Origin: Camelus dromedarius | Taxonomy: Eukaryota | NCBI RefSeq assembly: GCF_036321535.1 | Contig: NC_087436.1 | Span: forward strand, 63,986,001-64,050,000 | Direction: 5' to 3' | DNA: 64,000 nucleotides | Shown here: positions 14,300 through 26,577 of the stretch, piece after piece | Layout of the letters: each line of letters begins with the position of its first letter | How positions within the stretch are numbered: position 1 is the stretch's first letter | Notes under the pieces: generated by a model | Told to the model about the DNA's origin: nothing | The model's input: only the letters and a program-made list of their open reading frames with translations | Database searches by the model: none | Made by a program: the position numbers and the translations under genes

Positions 14300-17200
14300 G
14301 ATGACTGCATGTAATAGATGGCAAGCCCAGGCATACTTTTCCTTGAGCTCCCAGAGATGAATCATAAATATCAATAGAACTTTTCTATTTCTCTAGCTTT
14401 TCTCTGCTAATTTTTTGTTTAGTTTTTGGTGCGCAGAGGGCAGATAAATTATTATCAATTGGTGGCATCAATGATTGACAATTTGGTTTTATGGTTTGAT
14501 CACTTAGTGATTTCTGAAAATAGATTAATAAATTATAGAGATTTATTCTCTGTTGGGTGAGAGCTCATGGAGAATCTGGTTGATTTGTCTTCCTTTATTT
14601 ATTTTGAGCTCAAATAATTCAAGAATGTTGTGTCCACCAGAAAGGATAACAAACAACTCTTTGTATATGGATTTCTGAGGTGTGTTTTTATGCCTCCTGT
14701 ATTTCTTTATCTTAAAATTGTAGATTTTACCTTATAAGCTTATTGTATGTCTTCATTTCTATGTGTTGGCAATTCAAAAGGCCTTTATATGTTGATCCAT
14801 TACTATGAAATGTTTTTCTATTTCCAGAGAGTATTAATAATTAGATTATAAGTTACTTAAGAGAGCTCTGCTCTGATTTGTTTTAGAGGTAAATAAATGA
14901 ATATATAAATTAAATATTCCTAAAATTTCTGGAGAATAAGAAAATTTAACTTTAAATATTTTAAATATGCTAGACAAAAAAAAGTCTTCTTACAGAAACT
15001 AACTCAGAAATGTTTTAAGATTCCAAGTTCATATACTTAAGGCCTAATAAATTATATGAAGTTGGTAAATTTAAGGTCAGTCTCCAGCAAGGTTCTTAAT
15101 CCTGTTACCATCTAAGAATTTTTTCTATGCTTTATTGTCACTTTAACTAAATGGTTAACCAAGTACTGTTTCTCAGGTATTCATGATCCTCTTTTTAAAT
15201 CAAGTGTCCAAATTTCTCCTAAAAACGTTTTTCAATTTACCTTTCAAAAATCAGGACTTAAATGCAGAAAAATAAGATAAAATTTTCAAGTTATTTTTAT
15301 ATCTAAAATTATCAGACTATATCAGAGGGTCCCTGGAAAATCACAACGATTTGTTCTTTTATCTCTTAAAAAGAGATGCTAAAAGTATCTAACTGGGTTT
15401 GTTTGATGAATTGCATAGGCAGATTTGTCATATCAGAAGACACTCAGCTTTCCTTAGGTTAAATTGATATTGGTAAAATGTTATTAATATAAATATTCCA
15501 GAAATTTCACAATTTAGGGGAAGTCTTTGGGTATTTGTTAATGCCTTTGCTTCCAATAATATATCTTACCTCAGGGAAAACATTGATCAAAACGCTTATG
15601 AAATAGATTTTTCAAGTTTCTCTGAATTTTTCAGTTTCTGTTGGTATTTTATGTAATAATATTAGTCAATAACAGCATAATGTTATCAGTCATAATTTCA
15701 ATTATTACTTAAAATGTTTACGGACCACCACCTTCTTTAATTTGGATTTACTAGCTTCTAGGCCAGTGATTCTAAATGGGATTCATATCAAACTAACCAA
15801 TGTATAAGTCTTACTCCAGGGTTTACTTGGTATTTTTCATGTACCAAGGATATGTATGTTATGTTTCAGGATCATTATATGTTGTATCAAGATTTTTTTC
15901 TTCTATAAAAAATTCCATCCATTTTTTAAATAATCAGATAAAACAATCACTGACTTCCTTAAAAACAAAAAAGATCAGTCTCCTACAATGAAGGACAGTC
16001 CTAAGACTTGTGGGAAAAGACTGTTCTAGGTACTTCACACTATTGACACTTCAAGGAAAAGAATGTTGGATACATGCTTCTGACCTGACATCGTTTAGAC
16101 CAGTTTTAGATTGTACCAATAGACTAAGTCAGGATTTCCAGAATTCTTCATTCAAGAAGCAGATGGCTTCATAAAAATGCTAACCCAATATCCAACAGAA
16201 CAAGAATTAATTACAGAGGACTGAATGAGCTGATGAGGAAATTTTAATGTGTTTTTTTAAGGGAGGGGAATATTATTAATATGGCTTTAGTGTTCTATTT
16301 CCTGGATATAATGAAGTGTTTTCTCTTTTTGAAGCTCTCTGAAACTCAGAACAATTGAATAAACTCTGGTTTTGTAAATTGAAAGGAATTATTTTAAATG
16401 ATACCTAATTCTCACTTACCAAATTCAGAAACTCTTACTATTTCTCTTTACTTTTATGCCAGTATAGTTATTTGTATGGGTTTGATAAGAATGTCTTCCT
16501 TTTTACCAGAGTATAATAGAACAAGATGATTGTACAACCATGGCCTTATCTCAAGACTGTCATATTTGAGAACAATGCTCATTTAATCAGATATGACAAG
16601 CTGCTTTTGAGAAACAAAAGCTAACTTTATTATGGAGACAATGCCTACAAACCTCTCCCAGGAAAACTGCCAGATACCTGGTTTAGAGGGCCCTGTCTTA
16701 GAGGTAATAAGGAAGGTTACTTCCTGATAGATCAAAAACATTAGAAAATCTGAGGAACTGTGAGAAGAGAGAAAAATCTCACCAATTTAGAGCTACTGCA
16801 GGTGGATGTGGTGGAGAGAGTATCTGGGGCTTCATTTCATCACCTTGAGCTAGTAAATAACACAAGATTTTATAAGTCAAATCTGAGATAATTTATGAAA
16901 ATTTCCAAGCAGAAGTTAACCCTTTGGTGTTTGTAATTGTTAATTATTGTATGGTTCTCGATTTGCAAGAGGTTTAAAAAAGTCTGTGTAGTAAATTAAT
17001 ACTCTTACTGCACCTGTGTAAATAATCAGGCCAAACTACTGAGACCAGCCTTGTTTTGTAAGTAAAAAAATCTTTCTTTGGGGTTTTCGTGATTACAAGG
17101 TAAGGGGAAACTGTCAGGGAAAACTGTGAGAGACTTTGAAAGGTACCAGAAAGATTACTAGATGTCTTCAATGGAAAATCATGTATTGTCTAGAGCACAC

Positions 17201-17450
17201 CTTTTCCAGGTTTTCTGACTCTAAGGGATTTGCACTTTTCATCACTTTGATTTATTTTATGATTTTTTAAATTGTAGCATATCAGTGTGAATGATTCTTG
17301 ACCATGGAAGGGCAAATTAACTGTGCTTGGTGGAATGAAATTGATTATTGCTCTGTGAATATTGACCAATTTTGCCAGTTTTGCAATTTTTTTTGAATGT
17401 TCAACAAGAGCCTATGTAAGGTGTCTGCTCTTTAGATTTTACTGCAAACT
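14300..17450 (+). mobile_element. ERV1 internal-region remnant (MER4-group, MER34/MER57-int-like), no intact ORF
   Basis: Blocks typical of MER4-group internal sequences, e.g. AACAAGAATTAATTACAGAGGACTGAATGAGCTGATGAGG (~16200) and CTGCACCTGTGTAAATAATCAGGCCAA (~17010). Boundaries approximate. Confidence 0.65.
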
Positions 17451-18399
17451 GGTTATAACATCTTACTGGTTCCCTCATTACTCAATGAATTATATAGAAT
17501 TTTTGGCATATGTTTTTAAAAATATAAAATGTAACCTATGATAAGTAGAATATTTGAATAAGTAACAAGAGGAAAATTATACATACCACCACAGGTTCAA
17601 GATTACACATCTTAAATTTAAAAGGTAAAAAGTGTAATTCAGCCTTCATTTTAATCTCACAAACACGATGAAGAGAGAAGCCATTAAAGAAAAAAGCTTA
17701 GATTTTAAAGTTTTATGTCAGCATATTTTATATATCTTTATTTTCTATAACACTGGTTGTTCTATCTCTTAGAAATGATTTTTATGAGCACTGTTCAATC
17801 ACATCGTTTCATTGATTTAAATTGGTTAAAAGGCACGACGGTTGCATTTCTGAAGCAGTGCAAAAGTTCTGTCACCTAAAAAATGGTATATCTGAAATGA
17901 GAAAAACTAAACTGTATATATTGAATAGTGCACTCTTGAAGATAGATTTCTAAAAAATGACCATTTTTATCAGCCCATAAAATTCATATCCCTGCTCTTG
18001 CTTATCAGTGTCATGAAAATAAGGAATCCAAGGTAAAGACCATTAATGGTCCTCAGGAAACATACGCTAACACCATTTATGTAAGTAGTATAAGAAATAC
18101 TAGTTTTAAGGAATGGTGATAAATATTTAAGGCATAAAGAATTCAGTGTCAATTAAAACTGCCAAAGAAGATTCTCAATGAAAATTAACATATTAGAAGT
18201 TCTGTGCAAACTCTTACTATTAAAAATCATTTCTGTGAAGCTTTAACTAAAGTGAAGTTTTACAAACATTTGTGAGCATTTATACCCAGAATACCTATTA
18301 ACAGCACGTAGAATAATGTTCCTCAGAACAATGGTTTACAGTATGCTGTACTATCATGAATTGTTTATTAGATTGTCAAAAAACTCCTGATAAATCCTA

Positions 18400-18860
18400 T
18401 AAAAATAAAGTATTTTAATGATAGCAATTATAAATGCTTATAATAGAAAGAAGTATAAACAAGAACAAATGGAAATATAAATCACTCATAGAGGTAACCA
18501 CTTTTTAACACTATGTGTCATTTTTGTATCGATGTAAGTTCATTTTTATAAAAAAAGGAATCATACTGCATGTTCTCTTCTATAACCTCCAATTTTTCAT
18601 TAGACATATTACAAACATATTTTAGGCTGTTAAATATTTGAAAGCAATTTTAATTGCTTCATGATATTCCATTTATAAATGTACCATGATTTTTTAGACA
18701 AATCTTATCAATGGGCATTTAAATTGGTTTGATTTCCACTATCATAAATTCCATCATGGATACCCTTATGGCTCTATTTTGGGTACATCTATAATTACTT
18801 CTTTAGGATAAATTTCTAATCCAAACACAGTAGATCAAGGAATATGCAAACTTCTAGTGC
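18400..18860 (-). mobile_element. Ancient L1ME-type 3' fragment
   Basis: AGAGGTAACCACT...TATTCCATTTATAAATGTACCATGATTT...GGGCATTTAAATTG...TTCTTTAGGATAAATTTCTA. Confidence 0.6.
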
Positions 18861-18899
18861 CCTTGGTCTTTATAAATGTTTGTCTTCCAACTTCTGTTT

Positions 18900-19870
18900 G
18901 GTCCTCTAAGCTGCAGACCTGTAATACGTGTGTATTTTACTATCAGTTCTCTTTCCAGTTTTTGAAGATGTTGAAAATCATGACCCCTCTCTTCAAACCT
19001 TCGTATTATTATCAGCCAGATGACTTTAGATCCTTCTTTTGAGAAAAAAATAGAACACACACTTCTTTACTTAATTTGCATCATTGTCTGTCCTTTTCAC
19101 CTTCTCTCAGATTAAATATGTCCTTGTTCCACATGTTGGGTTCCATTTTTTCACATTTCTCAGAAGACCTTCAGATTTACTTAATTACCTGTTCTCTCTT
19201 CTGCATCATCAACCTCCCCATCTCTGCTGCTTCCTTCACAAAATATTCCTCCAAACTAAAACAAAAAACCAAAAAAAAAAAAAAAGCAAAAAACAAAAAC
19301 AAAACCCTTAACGCCATAGTCCACTTCAGCTATTGACTTATACTTGTACCTCTGCAAACTTCTTTGAAATGTTGTCTCTACTCACTGTCTTCATTTCCTC
19401 ACCTCTGCTTAAGGCTCACTGCACAAATCTGACCTGCCTCCATCGCTCACACTGCTCTTGCCAAAGGTATGTTTTTACTACTAATTCTAATGAAACTTCT
19501 CATTTGGTCCTTATTTTATTTGCTCTCTCTGCAATATTTAGCTCTCTTGATCACTCGGTCTTTGAAACATTCACTTTCCTAGGTTTCACTAAAGCGTACT
19601 CCTCTAAATTTTCCTCCCACCTTTCTGACTCCCTGATCACTCTCACTTTGACAGCTTCCTTTACTCTACCAGTGCTTTAACATAAGCTATTTCTCAAGAA
19701 CTGCACCAGGCTCTTTTCTCTTTATTTTATTTTATTTATTTTTTCTTTTGGTTTTTCTCTCCCATACAACAGACTCTGTTGAGGAAATATCATCCATGGT
19801 CATAAGTTTACCATCAGTCTCATGTTTACCCTGTCCTACAGTGCTAAGTATCTAATAATTTCCATGTACC
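18900..19870 (+). mobile_element. L2 ORF2 reverse-transcriptase remnant
   Basis: ORF 19333-19680 reads LVLILFALSAIFSSLDH..FETFTFLGF...FSSHLSD, a decayed form of the L2/CR1 RT motif LILLDLSAAFDTVDH..LETLSSLGF..WFSSYLS. Confidence 0.75.
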
Positions 19871-19884
19871 AGCTATATCTTTAA

Positions 19885-20060
19885 CCAAAGTTACTTAAAC
19901 TGTCTCAATCTTAGTTTTCTCATCTGTAAATGGATGTAAAATGTAAAATGGAGATAAGAATTGTATATCTGCTATGGGTCACGCTATAAAGCATCAGTGA
20001 GATAATATAAGTATTTTAGTAGCGTACCTGGCCAAAAAAACAAGTGCTTAACAACTATCC
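19885..20060 (+). mobile_element. MIR SINE
   Basis: AAGTTACTTAAACTGTCTC..CTTAGTTTTCTCATCTGTAAA...GTACCTGGC...AAGTGCTTAA. Confidence 0.68.
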
Positions 20061-20194
20061 TTTATTCCTAATCTCTAGTATATACAAAATAATTTTGGAC
20101 AAAATTCTGTAATACTTAAGTAATTCATGGAAAAAAGTCCTTGGTTAATAACAAAATAAAAACCAAAATGTACACATTGATATGTACATAAAAG

Positions 20195-20350
20195 ACTGTA
20201 TTAATTAAGGTGGTACTAACTGCAATAACAGACGAATCTGAATTTTTCAGTGGCTTAACACAATAGAATTTAATTTTTACACTCACTTAAAATACAATAG
20301 GTGGGGCAGAGGCTTTACCCCACCCATTTATTCAAGGACACAGATGGATG
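20195..20350. mobile_element. Old MaLR (MLT1-type) LTR fragment
   Basis: CTGCAATAACAGAC..TCAGTGGCTTAACACAATAGAATTTAATTT..CTCAC motif. Confidence 0.5.
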
Positions 20351-20524
20351 CAGATCTGGTATGCACATAGTCTGCCTTCTAGGATTTTCACAGACAGTAT
20401 TTTTGCCAAATGTTTCGCCACTGCTTATCTTGGGTCTCAATCTTTCCAGCCCCTGACACAAATTTTCTTGCCATTCGCTGACTTCCTACTAAGTCATGAT
20501 ATATCTTTTAGGGTCTTTCTTTCC

Positions 20525-22805
20525 TTTTTTTTTTTTTTTTTTTTTTAATTTCCTCTTTGATTTCTTTAGTCACCAATTGATTAAGTTTTTTTCTTTTTTT
20601 AATTTTAATTTAATTTAATTTTTATTACGTTTTTTCTTTTTAATATTAAAAATTTTTTTTTTTACTAATTGGTTGTTTAGTAGCACATTGTTTAGCTTCC
20701 ACATGTTTGTGTTTTTGCAGTTTCTCTTATGGTTCATTTCTAGTCTCATCGTGTTGTGATCAGAGTCGATGCTGAGTATGATTTCAATTTTCTAAAATTT
20801 ATTGAGACTTGTTTTATGGCCTAATATATGATCTACCTAGGAGAATGTGCACTTCATTCATGTGTTTCAGCTGCACTTAAAAAGAATGAGTATTTTGCTG
20901 CTTTGGGTTGAAATGTTCCATATATATTTATTAAGTCTATCTGGTCTAATGTGTCATTTAAGGCATGAGTTTCCCTAGTGATTTTCTGTCTGGATGATCT
21001 GTCCATTGATGTAAATGGAGTGTTAAAATCCCCTACTATTATTGTGTTACTTTCAATGTCTCCCTTTATGTTTGTTAACATTTGCTTTATGTACTTAGGT
21101 GCTCCTATGTTGGTGCATATGTATCTACAATTGTTATCTCTTCTTGTTGGATTGATCCCTTCATCATTATGTAATATCATTCTTTGTCTCTTGTTGCAGT
21201 TTTGTTTTAAAGTCTATTTGGTCAAAGTGTTGCTACCCCAGCTTTCTTTTTGTTTCTATTTGCATCGAATACCTTTTTCTCTCCCCATCACTTTCAGGCT
21301 TTGCTTTAGATCTGAAGTAAGTCTCTTACAAGCAGCATATATGTGGGTCTTTTAAAAAAAATCTGTTCACCAACTTAATGTCTTTTGCTTGGAGAATTTG
21401 GTCTATTTACATTTAAAGTAATTATGAATAGGTGTTTACTTATTGCCATTTTGTTCATCATTTTGTGTGGAGTTTTTTGGTAATTCTTTTTTGTTCCTTT
21501 CTCAAGTTCAAATGCATTTTAACAACCTTGTATTTTCACTCCCTTCCCCAATGTTTAATGCTTTTGACATAACATTTTACATCTTTTTGTTTCTTGTATC
21601 CCTTAAATATCTATTGTGGATATAGATGATTTTACTACTTTTGTCTTTTAACCTTCCTACTAGCTTTATACATTGTTGACCTATTACCTTTAAAGCATGT
21701 TTGCTCTTACCAGTGAGATTTTTTTCCTTTCATAATTTTCATATTTCTAGTTGTGGCCTTTTCTTTTTTACTTAGAAGTTTCTTTAATATTTCTTGTTGA
21801 GCTGGTTCAGTGATGCCAAATGCTTTTAGCATTTGCTCATCCGTAAAATGCTTTCTCTCTCCTTCAAGTTTGAATAATAACCTTGCTGGGTAGAGTATTC
21901 ATGGTTGTAGGTTTTTTTCCCCCCCTTTCATCACTTTGAATGTATCATGTTACTCTCTTCGGGCCTGCAAACTTTCTCCTGAAAAATCATGGGGTTTGGC
22001 AGCCAACTTCCCTTTGGTCACCAGAGCTAGTTGCTCTAGGGGTACCCCCTGTTTGGGCTCTTCTGCTGTGGTGGGTTGTCTGTTGTGGGCACAGTGGTAG
22101 ACAGAGATGGCCCCAGCCCATTTGGTTGCCATGTTCTGCCTTATGCAGTGGCGGCCAGCCCATGATGGGCAGTAAGCCCTCAGCACTAATAGGCTAGAGG
22201 GAGGACTCCAAAACGGTGCTTGCCAACACCAGTGTCCTTGTGCTAGAACAAGCTTCCCAAAATGGCTGCCATCAGCATCTGTGTTCCCAGGGGCAGTCCT
22301 AGTTGCTTCCTCCTTTTCCAATAGACTCTCCAAGATCAGAAAGTAGACCTGACCCAGGCTTCTTTCAATTTACTGCCTCTGTGTTGAGACTTGGAACATA
22401 TGAGATTTTTCACATGCCCTTTAAGAGCAGAATCTCTGTTTCCTAGAGCTCTCTAGCTCTCCTGTATGCTAGCCCCTCTGCCCATCAAAACCAGATGTTC
22501 TGGGGTCTCATCTTCCTGGTGCAGGAAGCCTGATGTGGGCCTCAGACCCCCACTCTTTGGGGAGAACCTATGCAGTTGTAATATCCTTCCAGTTGTGAAT
22601 CACCTCCCTGGGGGCATAGGTCTTGTCTGTATTGGATCTCTACCCCACCTATCCACCCAGCTGTGGTTTTATCTTTAGTTGTGAAAAATCTTTTCTGCTA
22701 GTCTTCAGGTCATTCTCTTAGTTGTTCTGTAAATAGTCCTAATTTTGGTGTGCCTATAGGTGGAAGTGAGTTCAGGCTCTTCCTCCTACATCATCTTGGC
22801 TACAC
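20525..22805 (-). mobile_element. L1 5' portion: 5' UTR, deleted ORF1 and ORF2 endonuclease remnant (non-functional)
   Basis: The minus-strand ORF at 20854-21180 contains NIGAPKYIKQML..NTIIVGDFNTP..SMDRSSRQKI (L1 APE endonuclease). ORF1 C-terminal remnant near 21790-21985. GC-richer 5' UTR whose 5' end (CCAAGATG on the element strand) lies near 22800. Confidence 0.9.
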
Positions 22806-22984
22806 ACAGTAAAATTCATATTGATCACAGAAAATTTACAAAATACAGATATATAGGAAAGGAAAAGAAAATTACTTGTAATCACATAACCCTGAGATCT
22901 GTCATTAACATTTTGATGTATATCCTTCAAGCAGCTACTTTATAATTAATAGGTACTCTGCATTTAAATAATTTAGGAATAATA

Positions 22985-23090
22985 GTGTGTGTATATGTGT
23001 GTGAATATATATATAGTGTATATGTATATATATAGTGTGTGTGTGTGTGTATATATATATATATGTAGTATATCTGTGTGTGCATATATA
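22985..23090. repeat. Compound (TG)/(TA) microsatellite
   Basis: Interleaved TG and TA runs. Confidence 0.9.
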
Positions 23091-23272
23091 AATAGTGCTT
23101 TCTATGGGCTAAGTATTTTTCTAAGCACTTCACTGAACAAATAGTAACTTTTTAATCTTCACAAGGACTTTCTGTTATTGCCCCTGTGTACAGATAAGTA
23201 AGCTGAGGTCCACTATATCCATATTCACATTGTTTTTCTAGCTGAGTAAAACGGTTTAAAAGTTACTAGTTT

Positions 23273-24074
23273 ATAATACCAAGTGTTGGCCAGGGTGAAG
23301 GGAAAAGGGAACCCTCCTACACTGTTGGTGGGAATGAAAATTCGTGTAGCCACTCTGGAAAAAGTACAAAGTTTACTCAAAAAACTAAAAATAGAACTAC
23401 CTTATGATCCAGCAACTCCTTTTCTGAATAGTTATTTACCCAAAGAAAACAAAAACACTAATTAGAAAAGATATGTACCCTTATGCTCACTGCAGCATTA
23501 TTTATAATAGCTAAGATACGTAAACAACCTAAGTGTTCATTGATATATGAATGGATAAAGATGTGATTTATATATATATATAATGGAATATTACTCAGCC
23601 ATAAAAAAGAATGAAATCTTGCCATTTGTGACAACATGAACAAATCTGGAGGGCATTATGCTAAGTGAAATAAGTCAGACAGAGAAAGACAAATACTGCA
23701 TAATCTCACTTATATGTGGAATCTAAAATTAAAAAAAAAAACAAAACAGTAACAGATTCATAAATACAGGGAACAAACTGGTTGTTGTCAGAGGGGAGGA
23801 GGATGGGGGGTTAGATAATATAGGTAAAGAGGATTAAGAGATAAATACTTCCAGTTGTAAAATAAATAAGCCTCAGGGAAGTAATAAACAGCATAAGGAA
23901 TGTGGTCAATAATACTGTAATAACTTTGAATGGTGATAGATGGTTACTAGACTTATTGTAGTAAACACTTTATAACATATTTAAATGTTGAATCAGTATG
24001 TTGTACACCTGAAAATAATTTAATACTGTACATCAGCTGTACATCAATTTTAAAAAGTTTTAGGAAAAAATTTT
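23273..24074 (+). mobile_element. 5'-truncated L1 (ORF2 C-terminus and 3' UTR)
   Basis: Encodes LKKLKIELPYDPA and contains typical L1 3' motifs (TGGAATATTACTCAGCCATAAAAAAGAATGAAAT; GCTAAGTGAAATAAGTCAGACAGAGAAAGACAAATACT). TSD AAGTTA(C/T)TAGTTT at 23260-23272 and 24075-24087. Confidence 0.92.
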
Positions 24075-24219
24075 AAGTTATTAGTTTGAAACATTTGAAC
24101 ACATTGTTAAGCATATCTCACTTGTTTACATTTTAACAAAAACCTTTCACTGTCATACTCATAGGTTTGAGTAAATGATGAAAGAACAGGAGAAAGCCTG
24201 ACAAATCTTTAATCACTGC

Positions 24220-24224
<5 letters not shown>

Positions 24225-24260
<36 letters not shown>
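24225..24260. repeat. (AC)18 microsatellite
   Basis: Read directly. Confidence 0.97.
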
Positions 24261-24262
<2 letters not shown>

Positions 24263-25689
24263 TTCTTCCATCTCTGCATAGAGCCAGTCCAGAGGTCAGT
24301 ATTTCTCAGAAGTTACTCTGGGTTCCAGCTACTGGAGAAGCGTATAGATCTAGGTTGACATCTCATGTGCTATAATCAGGATGAAGGGGGCTGTTCTGAG
24401 GTATCTACTGACTCCTTTCTCCAACAACTTAGGTCACATCTCCCTACACTTTATGAGATCTGGAAAACACATGTCCTTATTAAGTTCAGGGAATAACAGA
24501 GGAGCCAGAGGTGATCTAAAACCTAAAATATAGCATATTGGGAACTTTGGTATTCCTCTCCACTGCCAGAGTCAAGAATCAGTGGAATGTCAAATCAAGC
24601 AGCATTTAATAATAACTGTGGTATCTCTGCATTGAGGGAAAGTTGCCGAATACGCTTACTATGTTGTATTCTCTTCCTTAAGATAAAACATTCAATATAC
24701 ATGATATATGTAACTCTTGGTGATTATATCTTTGCCACTTTGATTCCTGGGTGATGCAAGAAAAATTTCACTTTTTGTTACATGTAAACCTAAAGAAATA
24801 TATAGGATACATTGAATAAATGATCTCCCAAATATGCTATAATAATGGCATAAAACATTACTATAATACACTATGTATTGTGTATGCAAGTATATGCTAC
24901 TATAGTTTGATCAGTATGGATGTCCTTTCAAATTTAATCTTCATGAAATATCAACTTGGCTGTCTTGTACATGTACACCACTGTATCCCTTAGTGTGGCT
25001 TGAGGCCAGGCACATACATGTATTCATTCATTTAATAAATATATGCGACTACATATTATTAACAGGGAAATAAGTTACAGAGAGGCTAAGTAACTTGCCC
25101 AAGTTCACTTAACTAGCATACATTGGTTTGAATTCAAGATTATTCCTAAAACAGTCCACCATGACTGCTAAGGAAAAAAGGTCACAGTGACAGTACTCTG
25201 GAACTCACACCAATATGCGGGTCTACCCCAGATGTGTGCCACTAGGAAACATTTTCAGTCACAGATTTTGAATCACTGTCAAGATCCATATCTCTGTCTG
25301 CTTATATTACAGGTATGTTTGTCTCCAGGGTAGATTGTGACTCCGTAAAGAATGGACTTAATGTCTTATTCATATGTATTATATTGAGCTAGTATAGTGC
25401 CTTGTACTCAGTAGAGTTCTGATGAATTGAATTACAGGTACACAATATGTTAGTGGCACAACTAATTTATAGAAATGAATATCCTTTTTATTGGACAAGG
25501 CAGAATATAAATATATACTTATAAACATATGTATGTACATGCACACAGAATGATGTAATCTACAATCAACATAGCATCAAACTCCAAACCAAACTAGAGG
25601 GCTATGAAGTGAGGTTTCTTTCTAACTTTCTACAGAGATAAAAGAATTTAAAACCAAGCTAGATTTTCCAACAACAGAAGGAATACTTG

Positions 25690-26577
25690 GCACTGTGTTC
25701 AGCGGTCCTGCGGATCTGTCTCTTGCTTCAACAGTGTTTGGACCGAACAGACCCAGGGATGCCCCTTGCTCCAGCCTCCAACCACCCTTCAGCCTTTTTT
25801 CCAGTCACAACCTTTGGAACCAGCCACTCTGCTATCCTCAGCCTCTGGGACCAGACTTTTTTTTTTTTTGAGCTTAACTCCTTATTACTGATCAATCATG
25901 AGCACCCAGATTTCGTCAGAATTATTCCACCGAAGTGGAGGCTGCCTTCAACCGCCTGGTCAGCATGCATCTGTGGGCTTCCTACAGCTACCTCTCTCTG
26001 GGCTTCTATTTCGACTGCGAGGATGTGGCTCTGGAGGGTGTGGGCCACTTTTTCCACGAATTGGCTGAGGAGAAGCAAGAAGGCGATGACTGGCTCTTGA
26101 AATTGCAAAACCAGCACAGTGGCTGCACCCTCTTCCAGGACGTGCAGAAGCCACCTCATGACGAGTGGGATAAGACCCAGGACGCTACGGAAGCAACTGT
26201 GCTCCGAGAGAAGAACCTGAACCAGGCCCTTTTGGATCTGTGTGCCCTGGGTTCTGCCTGTGCAGACCCCCACCTCTGTGACTTCTGGGAGAGCCATTTC
26301 CTAGATGAGGAGGTGACACTCATCAAGAAGATAGGCGACCTCCTGACTAACCTCTGCAGGCTGTCTGGTCCCCAGGCTGGGCTGGGTGACTACCTCTTGG
26401 AAAGGCTCACCCTCAAGCACGACTATGAGCCTCTGCAACCCAGCAGCCTTTGATGTCAGGGCTTCTGCCTGACGCCTCTCTCTGCAGTCACCAGGCAGCT
26501 TTTTAACCATCCTGGAGCCCTCTCCCAAGCCATGGACCAAATGGAAACAATAAAGCTTTTAGCAGGAGAATAAAAAG
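25690..26577 (+). pseudogene. FTL: Processed (retro) pseudogene of ferritin light chain, full length from 5' UTR to poly(A) remnant
   Basis: Intronless FTL-like 5' UTR with IRE. ATG at 25898 (MSTQI), then an extra T in the T run 25911-25913. The shifted frame reads [20 protein letters not shown]...[17 protein letters not shown]...ERLTLKHD, which is ferritin L. The native stop is mutated to TAT (26424-26426). AATAAA at 26549-26554, A-rich remnant, and flanking direct repeat GGAATACTTG at 25680-25689 and 26578-26587. Confidence 0.96.
25715..25751 (+). promoter_or_regulatory. Iron-responsive element (IRE) hairpin carried by the FTL retrocopy
   Basis: TCTGTCTCTTG-C-TTCAA-CAGTGT-TTGGA-CCGAACAGA: bulged C at 25726, 5-bp upper stem, CAGTGT loop at 25732-25737. 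This is the canonical ferritin IRE layout. It can only function if transcribed. Confidence 0.9.

Noticed and set aside
19333..19680. 115-aa ORF with RT-like residues
   Set aside because: Decayed L2 RT with the conserved Asp residues of the motif mostly lost.
20854..21180. Endonuclease-like protein gene
   Set aside because: A frameshifted fragment of L1 ORF2.
20525..24074. Single twin-primed (5'-inverted) L1 made of the minus 5' piece and the plus 3' piece
   Set aside because: The 3' piece has its own TSD, and ~470 nt of unrelated older sequence (microsatellite, MIR) separates the two.
25896..26297. 133-aa minus-strand ORF and the 137-aa ORF at 25687-26100
   Set aside because: Shadow frames of the ferritin retrocopy.
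25935..26453. Functional ferritin CDS
   Set aside because: The listed start is an internal GTG, the true ATG is out of frame, the stop is lost, and it shows CpG decay, no introns and a TSD.
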